Virus record (IMG/VR): IMGVR_UViG_3300035661_000053
Location: 1-64,000 of that record
DNA: 64,000 nt
Source of the DNA: a virus
Direction: 5' to 3' (one strand)
The position numbers and the translations under genes are program-made. This document shows, piece after piece, positions 9,776-20,265 of the stretch. Under the pieces are notes generated by a model, which was not told where the DNA came from, did no database searches, and was given only the letters and a program-made list of their open reading frames with translations. Within the stretch, counting starts at the first letter, position 1. Every line of letters starts with the position of its first letter.

Positions 9776-12700
9776 AATCCGGCTCCACGTTTCATTTCCT
9801 GTATCCCAATACCTGCTATTTCCCCGGCAGTATACTTGTCAATAATAAGTATAGGTCTAACAGGATTCTCGAGATGCTTCGTTAAATTCTTATTCATGTC
9901 TTTCAGTTCACTATGCAGCGCGCTAGTGTTGGCACTAAAATTCATGGCATAGAGATCAGTCTTGATACCACCACCAAACAAACCGCCGTTCGCGAAGCCG
10001 TCATTAATAGCCTGAAGTAAGGGTAAGTGTTTCTTTGTCTGCTGGGCATTAACAATAAATTCGTTGTCACTAAGCAGAACAAGGTTTTTATCATCCTTCT
10101 CACCACCAACACCCCGGAATAAACCCTTTGGCAAATAGCTTATGCCTTTCCCATTTACATTAAGACCGCCTTCAGCAAATTTGGGTGGTGTTTGAGAGGC
10201 TGCTATTGCCAGTTCCGTGGCACCTGTTGCACCAATGATAATAGACAAAGGAATATTGGGGGGAAGCATCGCTAAAGCTGACATCACGCCGATCGCGGTA
10301 TTGGTAACAATTTGTGCCATAGCGAGAGCATGGGAGATTTCCCAGTCCTTTTTCAAAGCAGCATGCTTCCTCTGTTCCGCTTCTTTATCAAGTTGCTGTT
10401 TACGTATTTCAAATTGTTGACGAACCCGCTCCTTTTGATTCTCCGTTGTCGCGAAACGCATCGCGGAGTTTTCCTCGTTCGTAAGAATTACTTCTTGAGC
10501 TTTCTTCCAAGTTTCAACCTCATCAGTAATCTTTTGCTTCTTCCATTCAAAATACGTGTTAAAAGCGGATGTAATTCTATCCAGAAAATCCTTTGTCGTG
10601 TTGAATTTGGAGAGCATACTTTTCTTGTCAACCTTATCCGTTTCCTTATCCTTGTCCTTTGACAAAGCTATAATTTGCGCGTTACGCGCAGCAGTATTCC
10701 TGTCATAAAGATTAGCACGTTTCGTTTCCTCCGGGCTCAAAGGGACACCACTATTGCCTTTTTCGTAGTCTTTTCTCTTCTTGAGAATATCCGCGATACT
10801 CGCCTCTTCTTCTTCTTGCTTTGCTCTTATATCAGCTATTTTTTTGTCATACTGCGCTCTAATAAGAGACTTCTCAGCCTCTATTTTTTCTGTAGCATTA
10901 AACAAATGCTTGTAATCCTGGGAGTCTTCACCCATCGATTCAACGAGTTTAGAAAGCCTATCAATATTTACCTCTGCTTCTATATCAGCCGCTTTTTGTT
11001 CTTCGACCGTGAACAGTTTATTAATTCCCGCCTGGCTGGTATTTTTCAGGTTCTCTAATTCTTTTGCTTTTTGTTCCGGGGTTGTGGCATAATTAGACAA
11101 TATCCTTTCCCGGAGTTTTTCTTTCTTATCCTCTAAAGACTCGTACGCTTTCATTATAGAGTCAGCACTCCCTGAAAGATTTGTTATTTCTGCTTCCAGA
11201 TCAGAAGTTTTCTTTTGCGTGGCAGCATTTTCTTTCAAGTCCTTCGTGAGCATATCATACAAAACTTCTATTTGTACAAAGGAAAAGCCATTCTTCCTAC
11301 CCTCATCAATGAGTTGTCTTATTCTTGCAGTGTGATCTTCTTTTGCCTCCCGATATTTATTCTGCATCTCGATCATTGTCTTCTGTTCGGTAGCCTTTTC
11401 CTCCGGAGTACCCGCGGAGTAAAAACGAATCTCGGCAGCACTAAGGTCTTCTTTCATGCGATTGACCATGTTATCATAAGGAAGCATTTGCAGCTTGAAA
11501 TTTTCTGCTTCTGCTTGCTTTAGCATTTGATCAATCTCATTGGCCTGTCTAAAACCAAAATCCCTATTTGTATTCGCGAGCGCACGTGCTTTGAATTTCT
11601 TCAGTTCTGCTATTTTTTCGAGAACCTTTTTAGAGTAATCCTGAACACCTTCCTTGAAAGTTTTTTCTATTTCTGTCTGGGGAGCGGTGAGCCGTTTAAT
11701 AAGCTGATCGCTATTTCCCAGAGAAGCCATAGAAGCACTCATTTCCATGAGAGTGGAAGCAAGGTGGTTATACTGCTCAGTCATGATAGAAGCTTGTAGC
11801 TTGAATTCTTTCAACTCCTTTGTCAACGGGTCATCGTTGTACTTGTCCTTTGGCACCTTATCCTCGTCATTCGGAACAGTTGGCTTCTCTGCTATCTTCA
11901 CTGAATTTACAAGAGCATTATTCACGGCGATTCTTTTAGACTCAAGCATAGTAACCTGTGCCAAGTCCTTGTTGTACCTGTCAATAATATCTTGCACGTA
12001 GTCAGTTTTTTCAAAGTCCCCAAGAGAACTGATGTCAACAAAATCTACACCGAAAGCTGATTTAATAGCCTCCTTGTACTTGTCCTCGTCAAGCTTACCT
12101 TCCTTCGTGCTATACACGCCACCTAGAAATTGCTTAAAGAGCGATATAATTCCTTTGCTGTTCTCATTATCAATCCTTTTACGAAGGCTTGTAGCGATAG
12201 CGGTTATTTGGTTTGTTACCTGCTCTGGGGTTGCATCAACAGGTATAGCATCAATGTTCTTAATAATTTCAGCATTTATTTCCTGCTGAGGCTTTATGAT
12301 ATTATCAAGTTTGTGTGACAAGTTGGAGTTACTCTCGAATATACCGTATGAGCGTTTGCTTTCACCAATGGCATCCTTGTTTGCTTTTGACTTTGCATAA
12401 GAACGAACGTCCTCAATAGCAAGATCAATCGCGAGACCCGACATTTGAGTCCGCAAATCGATAGCTGTCTGTTTGAGTGCTGCCATTCTTTCGTTAATAA
12501 TGAAAAGCAATCCCGAAGTATTACTTGAAGAGATACCCACGTTATCAATTTGCGCTGCAAGGTCAGGGAAAAGTCTTTTAAGCACATTCGTTTTTTCAAT
12601 GAGTGCAGACTTCGCGGTAATAGCAGCGTTATAAGAGTCTGCCAGATCATTTACCTTAACACGCTGATTCGAAATTTCATTACTGAGTTTCTTTAAAGCA

Positions 12701-15432
12701 TCCGTGTCCAAAGCTGCTGTGGACAAAGTCTTTGCTGAAAGTTTAGCCCTTTTATCCTCGAGGTCTTCAAGTACTTTTACCTCGGCATCATAAAGAGCTT
12801 TTCTTTCTTTAATAGACTGAATGTATTCTCCATCGACCTTTTGGCCTTTATCCCCGGATAGTGCAGCAGCTTGCCGCCTGTCACGTTCCATTGTCATAGC
12901 AATATCACGAGCGTACTCAAGTTGCTTTACCTGCTTCTCAGTTAATTCTGCTTCTTCCTTGTAGTAGTCTATTCTCTGTTTTATAGCATCGGCTGTTGAG
13001 GCTCGCGCTTTTTCTGCTGACTCCTCAGCCTTCTTATCACTCTCTTCCCAGAAGCTCTTCACAGCACTATACACCGTGAGAACACCCGTGAGCAGAGCGA
13101 GCGGGGAAGAAAGAAACATTGCCTTGAGATCAGCCATAAGAGCCTTACCAAAAGACAGCAACCCGTTAAAAGCAGACTGCGCGATAGCAGATAAGGATAT
13201 TTCTTTTGTCTGCATCATAACAGCCGTGGTAATTTCCTCTTGTTGCGCCTTTATTTTATTCAAAACAAGACTCCGTTGTTCCTCAACGAACGAGGCTTCA
13301 ACTTCTTTTGCCGCCTGTTCAGCAACAAGAGACCTTATGCTGCCCTCCCGGTTTGCCCGTTCAGCCAATTGATCGTCATACTTCCGAAGATTCTTTGCGC
13401 CTTTTTCTGTCATCAATGCAGTGGCCTCCCAGCTAAGCGTTCCACGCTCATTTAATGCCTGCGCCTCAGTCATCATCTCAATTTCTTCAGCAATCTGTCG
13501 CAGTTTTGAAATTCGTAATTCAATACCCGCTGCCTCAGTAGCATTACCTTCTTCTAAAAGAATTTCTCTCTCTGTGTCTAAAGCAAGAATGTCAACCTCA
13601 ATAGACTTGACAAATTCTTTCTTTACCGCCTTGCCTATTTCAGCATCAACAATTTGTTCCTGCAATGCAAACTCAGACATAAGCGCCGCGTTGCCTCTTA
13701 TACGTTCAGTAGCCTCCTGCGTGGCAAGTATAAGCTTTTCCTGCATGGCACGAATTTCAGCCTGAGTTGTTCCGACTTGCTGTTCGCCATCAACTAAAAG
13801 TATTTTCTGTCGCTCGACGATCATATTCTGAATAGCCCTTGCTTTTTGGTACAAGGTATTCTTACTTTGTAAAATAGCAAGGTGTTCCTTGTCAATAAAA
13901 AGTTGCTCTTTCATTGTTGTTGGTTTAAGAGTTTCCGCGATATTCTTTTTTATTTGATCGCGAATTTCTGTGGCTTCTTGTAGTTCTTTTTGAAGTTCTT
14001 TTCTCGTCTCTTCATTAGGCTTAAACACGTTTCTTGACAAGAGCCCATTACCACCTATGACATCGTTTTTGAATTGCGCGTTTGCCACGGCTTTATTCGC
14101 GGTAATAAGCAGCTGTCTTTGCCGAATAATCTCATCCACATTATCAGGATTCACACCCGGGATGCCACTATTCATCATACCTGCACGAGTTGGTGTTTGA
14201 CGACCCATGACACCATACATATCTCGTTTTGCCATGCTCTCGATTCTGCTGGACATGTTCGTGGCTTCTTTATTCAAAATGCCCATAGCTTTAGCATGCT
14301 GCATAATTTGAGCAGAGGCAATACCATGCGACTCAGCCCAATTGTCAATTGTATTTTTCATTAGCCTGTTTGACAAAGCTTTACCCGCGGTGAGCATTAG
14401 AAAAGCATTAAGAGAATTCATCATCAAAGAAATAGAATTGTTGACGCCACCAAAAACAGCGGACACCCCTGTGAATAAAGTTTTAATGGGGCTTAGCATA
14501 TGGGACACAAAATTGAGGGAAGTCTCAGAGGTGTGCTTTATCGTGTCAGCAATTTCAATAATTTCTTTCTTATGCTGCTGAACGTAATTGGTCGTCTCGA
14601 TCAAGAATTTCTTTACTTCAGGCATGTAGGTATCACCAACACCCGCCATAACCTGCTGCATGATGTCCCGAAGGTTCTGCATGCGTCCCTGGTAGGTTTC
14701 CATCTGCTTATCCATCATCCCCGCGAAACCTTTTTTCTCGATTATTCGAGGAAGCGCATCAAGCAAGTCCTCAATAGAGGCATCAATTTCCCGTCCCCCT
14801 TTTTTAGTCTTAACATGTAGCTCATCCATGAAATCTTGGTAAGTCACTAGAAGCGTTCTGAACATTCTGAGGGCAATACCCTTCCTTCCTACCGCTAAAG
14901 CCTGAAAAGCAGCCAGAGCCTCCTCCATTGGCTTTCCAGAAGCAGCAGCAAGGTCACCCAGAGACCTCAAGGTATCCAACGAGTACCTACCAACAGCCTG
15001 AAGCTGATTTCCTGCCTCAATAACCTGTGTAACCGAGAAAGGAGTGACCGCAGCGAACTTAACCATTTCCTCAAACCGTTCCCTCGCGAGTTCAGTGTCC
15101 TTGAGCATTACACCAAGAGTTGTCCGGTATTTTTCAAACAGCCCGGAATCATCAAGAGGTGCAGAGATCACGGCCTTAATTTGTGTTACCATGTACAGGA
15201 TACGCTCAAAGGCAATAATGTTAAGAGACCAACCCCTGATATTTGTCTTTATCTCATTTATAAATTTGTTTATTTCAGTGAGATCAGCCTTTGTCTGCGG
15301 GGGGACAACCATATCACGAAGGGCTGAAGCAGAAGTTTGTTTGAGTTCTGTTATTCCGGATTTTATTCTCGTGAAGGCTTGCTCAATATCCTTAATATCA
15401 GCAATGAAACGGACTCCATCCTGTACGGGCAT
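9772..15432 (-). CDS. Tape measure protein
   Basis: 1,886 aa, helical; KFAAVTPF, LGDLAAASG tape-measure domain; FAEGG C-terminal motif. Confidence 0.93.
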   Translation of the reverse strand: MPVQDGVRFIADIKDIEQAFTRIKSGITELKQTSASALRDMVVPPQTKADLTEINKFINEIKTNIRGWSLNIIAFERILYMVTQIKAVISAPLDDSGLFEKYRTTLGVMLKDTELARERFEEMVKFAAVTPFSVTQVIEAGNQLQAVGRYSLDTLRSLGDLAAASGKPMEEALAAFQALAVGRKGIALRMFRTLLVTYQDFMDELHVKTKKGGREIDASIEDLLDALPRIIEKKGFAGMMDKQMETYQGRMQNLRDIMQQVMAGVGDTYMPEVKKFLIETTNYVQQHKKEIIEIADTIKHTSETSLNFVSHMLSPIKTLFTGVSAVFGGVNNSISLMMNSLNAFLMLTAGKALSNRLMKNTIDNWAESHGIASAQIMQHAKAMGILNKEATNMSSRIESMAKRDMYGVMGRQTPTRAGMMNSGIPGVNPDNVDEIIRQRQLLITANKAVANAQFKNDVIGGNGLLSRNVFKPNEETRKELQKELQEATEIRDQIKKNIAETLKPTTMKEQLFIDKEHLAILQSKNTLYQKARAIQNMIVERQKILLVDGEQQVGTTQAEIRAMQEKLILATQEATERIRGNAALMSEFALQEQIVDAEIGKAVKKEFVKSIEVDILALDTEREILLEEGNATEAAGIELRISKLRQIAEEIEMMTEAQALNERGTLSWEATALMTEKGAKNLRKYDDQLAERANREGSIRSLVAEQAAKEVEASFVEEQRSLVLNKIKAQQEEITTAVMMQTKEISLSAIAQSAFNGLLSFGKALMADLKAMFLSSPLALLTGVLTVYSAVKSFWEESDKKAEESAEKARASTADAIKQRIDYYKEEAELTEKQVKQLEYARDIAMTMERDRRQAAALSGDKGQKVDGEYIQSIKERKALYDAEVKVLEDLEDKRAKLSAKTLSTAALDTDALKKLSNEISNQRVKVNDLADSYNAAITAKSALIEKTNVLKRLFPDLAAQIDNVGISSSNTSGLLFIINERMAALKQTAIDLRTQMSGLAIDLAIEDVRSYAKSKANKDAIGESKRSYGIFESNSNLSHKLDNIIKPQQEINAEIIKNIDAIPVDATPEQVTNQITAIATSLRKRIDNENSKGIISLFKQFLGGVYSTKEGKLDEDKYKEAIKSAFGVDFVDISSLGDFEKTDYVQDIIDRYNKDLAQVTMLESKRIAVNNALVNSVKIAEKPTVPNDEDKVPKDKYNDDPLTKELKEFKLQASIMTEQYNHLASTLMEMSASMASLGNSDQLIKRLTAPQTEIEKTFKEGVQDYSKKVLEKIAELKKFKARALANTNRDFGFRQANEIDQMLKQAEAENFKLQMLPYDNMVNRMKEDLSAAEIRFYSAGTPEEKATEQKTMIEMQNKYREAKEDHTARIRQLIDEGRKNGFSFVQIEVLYDMLTKDLKENAATQKKTSDLEAEITNLSGSADSIMKAYESLEDKKEKLRERILSNYATTPEQKAKELENLKNTSQAGINKLFTVEEQKAADIEAEVNIDRLSKLVESMGEDSQDYKHLFNATEKIEAEKSLIRAQYDKKIADIRAKQEEEEASIADILKKRKDYEKGNSGVPLSPEETKRANLYDRNTAARNAQIIALSKDKDKETDKVDKKSMLSKFNTTKDFLDRITSAFNTYFEWKKQKITDEVETWKKAQEVILTNEENSAMRFATTENQKERVRQQFEIRKQQLDKEAEQRKHAALKKDWEISHALAMAQIVTNTAIGVMSALAMLPPNIPLSIIIGATGATELAIAASQTPPKFAEGGLNVNGKGISYLPKGLFRGVGGEKDDKNLVLLSDNEFIVNAQQTKKHLPLLQAINDGFANGGLFGGGIKTDLYAMNFSANTSALHSELKDMNKNLTKHLENPVRPILIIDKYTAGEIAGIGIQEMKRGAGL

Positions 15433-15451
15433 TTCTTATGATCTTTCTATA

Positions 15452-15484
15452 AATAAAAAAAGGGTTATCCTAAGATAACCCTTT
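15452..15484 (-). terminator. Terminator-like hairpin upstream of the tape measure gene
   Basis: AAAGGGTTATC-ttag-GATAACCCTTT followed by a T-run on the minus strand. Confidence 0.75.
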
Positions 15485-15502
15485 GGTGCAACTGAATGCA
15501 AA

Positions 15503-15802
15503 CTAGCTTTTGTACATGTGTATCGAATCATATATCTCGTTGAGCCTTTCGACCTTCTTCAGATATAGGGTGTAGAAGACTTCGCCTACTTTGCTTTTAC
15601 GTATTGCCTGATACTTTGTCACATCACCATCTGATAGTTGGTATAGTAGTTGTCTCGTTGCATTTGCCGCTATTTTTGGTTCGTATACTTCTGGGAGGTC
15701 ACCCTTCTTTTTTAGCTTTAGCTGACCACTCGCTAATTTTATTCGTTCATCAACTTCTTGAAGGAGTTGATTAAAGTTGTTATCAAATCCTTCCTTCCAG
15801 AT
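15503..15802 (-). CDS. -1 frameshift extension of the tail assembly chaperone (gpGT-like)
   Basis: Slippery T TTT TTA at 15808-15802; -1 frame open to TAG at 15503 (IWKEGFDNNFNQLLQ...LSDGDVTKYQAIRK...). Confidence 0.8.
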   Translation of the reverse strand: MWKEGFDNNFNQLLQEVDERIKLASGQLKLKKKGDLPEVYEPKIAANATRQLLYQLSDGDVTKYQAIRKSKVGEVFYTLYLKKVERLNEIYDSIHMYKS

Positions 15803-16128
15803 AAAAAATCCTGTAGCACGCTTGCTATCGACTTGTCGCCGACCTTCTTGAAATCGTTTTTGCGTAAGTCAGCAAATTCAGGCTCCCACTCCTCGCACAC
15901 GTCATTTTCATCCACGCGTACCAAAAGAATAGCAAGAGCCTGACCTATGACGCCTTGCTGCATGAATTTCATAAAGAGTGCGGTGATTATTTGCCACGCG
16001 TCCGTTATGTCCCCTGAATCCAAAGACAGATCAAGTTTTGTTAGCATTTCGCTGATAGCCGTATATTGCTCCAGAGATATTTCTTCGGGCAGAACGTAAG
16101 TGAAATCTTTTGTTTTAATTTTTTGCAT
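15739..16128 (-). CDS. Tail assembly chaperone (gpG-like)
   Basis: Lies between tail tube and tape measure genes; slippery site near the C-terminus. Confidence 0.8.
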   Translation of the reverse strand: MQKIKTKDFTYVLPEEISLEQYTAISEMLTKLDLSLDSGDITDAWQIITALFMKFMQQGVIGQALAILLVRVDENDVCEEWEPEFADLRKNDFKKVGDKSIASVLQDFLSGRKDLITTLINSFKKLMNE

Positions 16129-16163
16129 TGAAAATTGCTCCTAAATAAATGTTGAAATAATTA

Positions 16164-17318
16164 TTATAAGTACTTGTTAAAGTTAACGCCGTTTACTGGA
16201 TACGTTGTGTAATCGGGGTCATATTCACCTGTTAGAGTGAATGATGCTTCCCGCTTGTCATCATCAATCGTGACCTCGCCAATTTTGGTAATACCGTCCC
16301 GGCTGAAGATCAGGTTCTTTGTTCCTGCCGCGGAAGGATCGAGATCAATGATAATATCCGAGCTAAATGTCTCATGCTTCAGGATATTCTGGATACCCAT
16401 ATAGTCCGCACCAGAGCATGTTGCTTTCATTTCAACAGTTATAGCATTCATGAGTGAAGTATTGAAGCCATTTTTGCTGGATTTTGATTTCACGGTGCAC
16501 GAGAAATCCGTGATAAGAGCATCATCAAAATACGCGACGCATGACTGTGGAATGTAAGAGGGGTTTATGAACCCGGCTGATACCTTGCTGTCGTCAATCG
16601 AGGGTATTTTGTTTGCTGAATAACCAATTTGCCGAACACCAGAACCTTTAACAAGTTCAAGACCTGCCTCATAACGCATAGCCCCTTCAAGCGTTAATTT
16701 CAGTACACGCTCCTTGAGGCTAAATGTTAGATCAAAATCAATACCGAGATAACGGTCATAAATGTACGCCGCATCACCTGACATTTGGGAAGGTGCAGTA
16801 TCAACAACGAAAGTGTCCCCACCAACAGTTACACTAATAATATGTCTCCATTGCCCATTCAGAGAAACGGGAGAACCAATAGCATCCCTTGTGAGGCCAT
16901 GATTGATGTCCGTGGTTACCGTGACTCCCGAAGAAGTCCACGCGCCTAAGTTTTTATTTGCATCCTGTCTGAATACAAACAGACCTCCATCAGGAGCCGT
17001 GACAATCGCCGGGGCACCAGACTTCTGGATACCAGAGGACAGAATGGCAACATCACAGCCACCATTTCTGGAAAAAGCGATGATGTCTTGCAGCAAAGTT
17101 AAATCCATGATCTGCATGGTATTAACTTCTGCTTTGAAATTTAACATGTTAGGAAATTTCTTTCCTGTTCTGTCTTGTGTTTCATTGATATGGGTTATTA
17201 CAAGAGAACCATTTTGTCTTGTGCCCATTCCATGTACAGTTGAAGCAGTGAGGTCTGAAAACCCCGTGCCCCTCGGAGCAATGAAAGCCTCCTTGATACC
17301 CGCGGAAATAAAGCTCAT
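16164..17318 (-). CDS. Putative major tail/tube protein, paralog 2
   Basis: Position; shares N- and C-terminal motifs with 17603-19207. Confidence 0.65.
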   Translation of the reverse strand: MSFISAGIKEAFIAPRGTGFSDLTASTVHGMGTRQNGSLVITHINETQDRTGKKFPNMLNFKAEVNTMQIMDLTLLQDIIAFSRNGGCDVAILSSGIQKSGAPAIVTAPDGGLFVFRQDANKNLGAWTSSGVTVTTDINHGLTRDAIGSPVSLNGQWRHIISVTVGGDTFVVDTAPSQMSGDAAYIYDRYLGIDFDLTFSLKERVLKLTLEGAMRYEAGLELVKGSGVRQIGYSANKIPSIDDSKVSAGFINPSYIPQSCVAYFDDALITDFSCTVKSKSSKNGFNTSLMNAITVEMKATCSGADYMGIQNILKHETFSSDIIIDLDPSAAGTKNLIFSRDGITKIGEVTIDDDKREASFTLTGEYDPDYTTYPVNGVNFNKYL

Positions 17319-17344
17319 ATTCTTTTCCTTTTTAAGTTATTATT

Positions 17345-17590
17345 TTATAAAGTCGCACCAAAAGTAATCACGTCACCAGTAACAGAAATAAGATCAGGGT
17401 CGAATTTACCCGGGAGTATTACAGGAGCCTTTCTCTTATAATCATCAATGGTCGCGTCTCCTAATTTTGCCAGACACTTCTTATCGAAAATTAGGGTAAC
17501 ACCTTCGCCTAAGTCAACAATTAAATTAGCAGAAAGTCCTTCATATTTGCAGAATCGCAAGGGTACTGCTTTTACGAGTACTCCGCCCAT
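17345..17590 (-). CDS. Short C-terminal paralog of the tail tube protein
   Basis: LIFDKKCLAKLGDATIDDYKRKA..LPGKFD matches the C-termini of both neighbours. Confidence 0.55.
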   Translation of the reverse strand: MGGVLVKAVPLRFCKYEGLSANLIVDLGEGVTLIFDKKCLAKLGDATIDDYKRKAPVILPGKFDPDLISVTGDVITFGATL

Positions 17591-17602
17591 AACTTTTTAC
17601 TT

Positions 17603-19207
17603 TTAAGATACGTATACGTTAAAATAAATAGTGTTTTCTGCATCCGAAGATGCAACAAGATCAACGTCAAAAGTACCACCTAATGTTATGGTTGCTTCTC
17701 GTTTGTCATCATTGACTTCTATGTTCCCTAATTGCGTGAGACCATCCTTGCAGAACACGAGTTTCACCCGTGTACCAGTAACAGACGGAAGTGAAAGAAC
17801 AATATCCTCATGCATGACGTATCGCATAGCCTCTATGAGACCACCCACGTCCAAGCTTGAAGCCGTGGCTTTTAGCTCAACAGTGAAACCACTATACATA
17901 CTGACACCCCACGTATTCTTCTGTGTCTTTGACTTGATACTCCCGGTGAAATCAACAATATTCATTTCCTGAAAGTACACCTCAAGATTATTAGGTATAA
18001 AATCAGGCATGTCAAAAAAAGAGGATACTTTTTTTGAATCAAGCGCGGGAATACTATTAGAAGCAAAGCCCATCCGGGTGTACTGGCTTCCGATTATTTG
18101 AGCGATACCCTGAAGATAAGGCATTTGCCTCTCGAAGTTGAATTTCAAATAACGGTCTTTCAAACCAAAACTAAAATCGACTTCAAACCCCATACGGGAA
18201 TCCGCCGCCGTCATGATACCATTATTGGGTAAAACGTCCTGCGCGATAGGGAAAACCATGTAGGTGTTAGAAACTGCACGAGCCGCCATGTAGTCCGTGT
18301 GTGCCAGGATAGATTTGTTTGTATGAAAATGACAGACGCTATTGACCGGGTCATAGTAGCTATTTGGTGTGGGTGTGTCTCCTGGACCATGACCATAAGA
18401 GCCACGAACCAGCAGCCCTGTTCTCGCGTCAATCAGCTGTATAGCAGTACCCACGTTGACAGTAGGATAGCCCCCACCCTCCAGAGTAGTTGGCATCCAC
18501 GGGGCAACCACAACATAGTACCCTTTAGGAAGAATCACATAGGACTTTCCATTATCATCTGTACTGAAGCCTTCATAAGGTGGGTTCCCTGATTGGTTTC
18601 CTTCAACAGTGAAATTTTGCTTGTACATAACATCATCAACATAGATAACATCACCCGCGCGTAAATTTCTATTCTGCCATGTACCACTAAAAGCGATATT
18701 ATATGGGGTACCTTCAACAAAAATTGGAAGCGTTGGTGAGTTTGCCATATCAGCAAACAGGGTCATACCCCAGAGATAGCCACTATTCTCTGGATTATCA
18801 AACCTGAAGATACCACCTGTGTCCGACGTCATGATTGTCGCGCTCGGTGAGTCAGTGTTACCAGAGGAGACACGATCATTCACAATTTTTTTAAGACCAG
18901 AGGTGAGTATTGCTACTTCCATGCAGTTTTGTTTTGGTTTTGTCGCGAAAACCCTTTTCAACAATTGGTAGTCTATGATCTGCATGGTACCTATTTCAGA
19001 TTTAAAAGACATTTTGTTGGGATACTTTCTACCTTTGTTATCCGTGAACTCATCAACGTTGACTATGGTGAAATTCCCAGATTGCCTGGTACCTAAACCC
19101 ATAACAGGAGAATTTGAATCCTTGCTCAAATTCTCTTGGAGGCTTCTTTCCGAGAAAGCGCCATCACCGAGAAAGCATTCTTTAATACCCGCGTTAACAG
19201 TATTCAT
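17603..19207 (-). CDS. Putative tail tube protein, paralog 1, with large insertion
   Basis: AGIKECFL, GLGTRQSG, NDDKREA motifs shared with 16164-17318. Confidence 0.65.
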   Translation of the reverse strand: MNTVNAGIKECFLGDGAFSERSLQENLSKDSNSPVMGLGTRQSGNFTIVNVDEFTDNKGRKYPNKMSFKSEIGTMQIIDYQLLKRVFATKPKQNCMEVAILTSGLKKIVNDRVSSGNTDSPSATIMTSDTGGIFRFDNPENSGYLWGMTLFADMANSPTLPIFVEGTPYNIAFSGTWQNRNLRAGDVIYVDDVMYKQNFTVEGNQSGNPPYEGFSTDDNGKSYVILPKGYYVVVAPWMPTTLEGGGYPTVNVGTAIQLIDARTGLLVRGSYGHGPGDTPTPNSYYDPVNSVCHFHTNKSILAHTDYMAARAVSNTYMVFPIAQDVLPNNGIMTAADSRMGFEVDFSFGLKDRYLKFNFERQMPYLQGIAQIIGSQYTRMGFASNSIPALDSKKVSSFFDMPDFIPNNLEVYFQEMNIVDFTGSIKSKTQKNTWGVSMYSGFTVELKATASSLDVGGLIEAMRYVMHEDIVLSLPSVTGTRVKLVFCKDGLTQLGNIEVNDDKREATITLGGTFDVDLVASSDAENTIYFNVYVS

Positions 19208-19222
19208 TTTTTTCCTTAAGTT

Positions 19223-19678
19223 TTAGTTATTAATTCTTTGATCAAACACGAGAGTTGCACCACTCATTTGCATTTTGTCATCAAACTCATAGTCATCATA
19301 AGTGAGAGACACGAAATTATAGGCTATGTCTGGCCGATACGCGAAAGCGTACACGAGCTTCTTGACCACGTTGGTTATTCGTGCCTTGTATTCTCGCCAC
19401 GGAGAACCTATGGAGGGGCTTAGAATTTTTAGTCGTATTTGCCGTGTGCCGTATGCTAAATTTCCTTTCGCGCTTATTCCCGTTGGAAAAACGCCGGAGG
19501 CCTCAACAATAATCCCAACCTTAAAAGTATTGTCACCATTATCAAAATCAAAGACCTCGTCGGGGTCTATGGATATAAATGCTTCTGTAGCCGTGATGCT
19601 TGTTTCCAAATATTCTTTCAGATCATCCAATACTGGGACAACATCGACCCAATCAAAAAAACTCATATCTACTGGCAT
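19223..19678 (-). CDS. Putative tail terminator
   Basis: Size, acidity and position. Confidence 0.55.
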   Translation of the reverse strand: MPVDMSFFDWVDVVPVLDDLKEYLETSITATEAFISIDPDEVFDFDNGDNTFKVGIIVEASGVFPTGISAKGNLAYGTRQIRLKILSPSIGSPWREYKARITNVVKKLVYAFAYRPDIAYNFVSLTYDDYEFDDKMQMSGATLVFDQRINN

Positions 19679-20205
19679 TATGATATTCCCGTGTAATCCA
19701 AGTTTACTCTTTCTTTAACAAGAGACTCAACCATTTCTTTAATGGGTGGTACAGAGAGCTCAACATAATTAAAAGGTGGAATACCTTTTTTACCAATATG
19801 CCTGCGAATGAGGAAAAGAGTTCTTTGCAAATCCCTTTCATAATCATTCCCGGATTTTCTGCGATAAGACCGCCCATTTATCTTAGCATCATGGCGTATA
19901 ACAATGTGTTTCGCTTTAAGCCAAGCCTCAAGAGCATCAGCAGGTGGCATAGTTGACATAGCACGCCTACCATTAATAATGTTATGACTTTTAGGTAATG
20001 CAGAAAAGATTTCTATGTACACCTGTGACTGACTGAGTAGCCGTATTTCAGACTGTATGGAATTCAACAGCTGTCCCGTGGCTACCTTATGGTTCTCCTC
20101 GATGATTCGCTTTGTTATCGCCACGCCATTATTGGCTATCTTATTAGCCAGTTTACGCATATGATAGACTATTCGTCTTCGTAAAGTTATAGTAACGTCA
20201 GCCAT
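19678..20205 (-). CDS. HK97-gp10-like neck/tail completion protein
   Basis: VATGQLLNSI, GRR..MPP, IGKKGIPP; basic. Confidence 0.7.
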   Translation of the reverse strand: MADVTITLRRRIVYHMRKLANKIANNGVAITKRIIEENHKVATGQLLNSIQSEIRLLSQSQVYIEIFSALPKSHNIINGRRAMSTMPPADALEAWLKAKHIVIRHDAKINGRSYRRKSGNDYERDLQRTLFLIRRHIGKKGIPPFNYVELSVPPIKEMVESLVKERVNLDYTGIS

Positions 20206-20265
20206 GAGTCTTTCTTGTTTTTCGTTATGCCAAAGTTACTGCTTTTTAAGCAATTAAATCAATTT

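Noticed and set aside
7328-19207. Diversity-generating retroelement acting on tail genes
   Set aside because: No reverse transcriptase and no near-identical template/variable repeat pair were seen.
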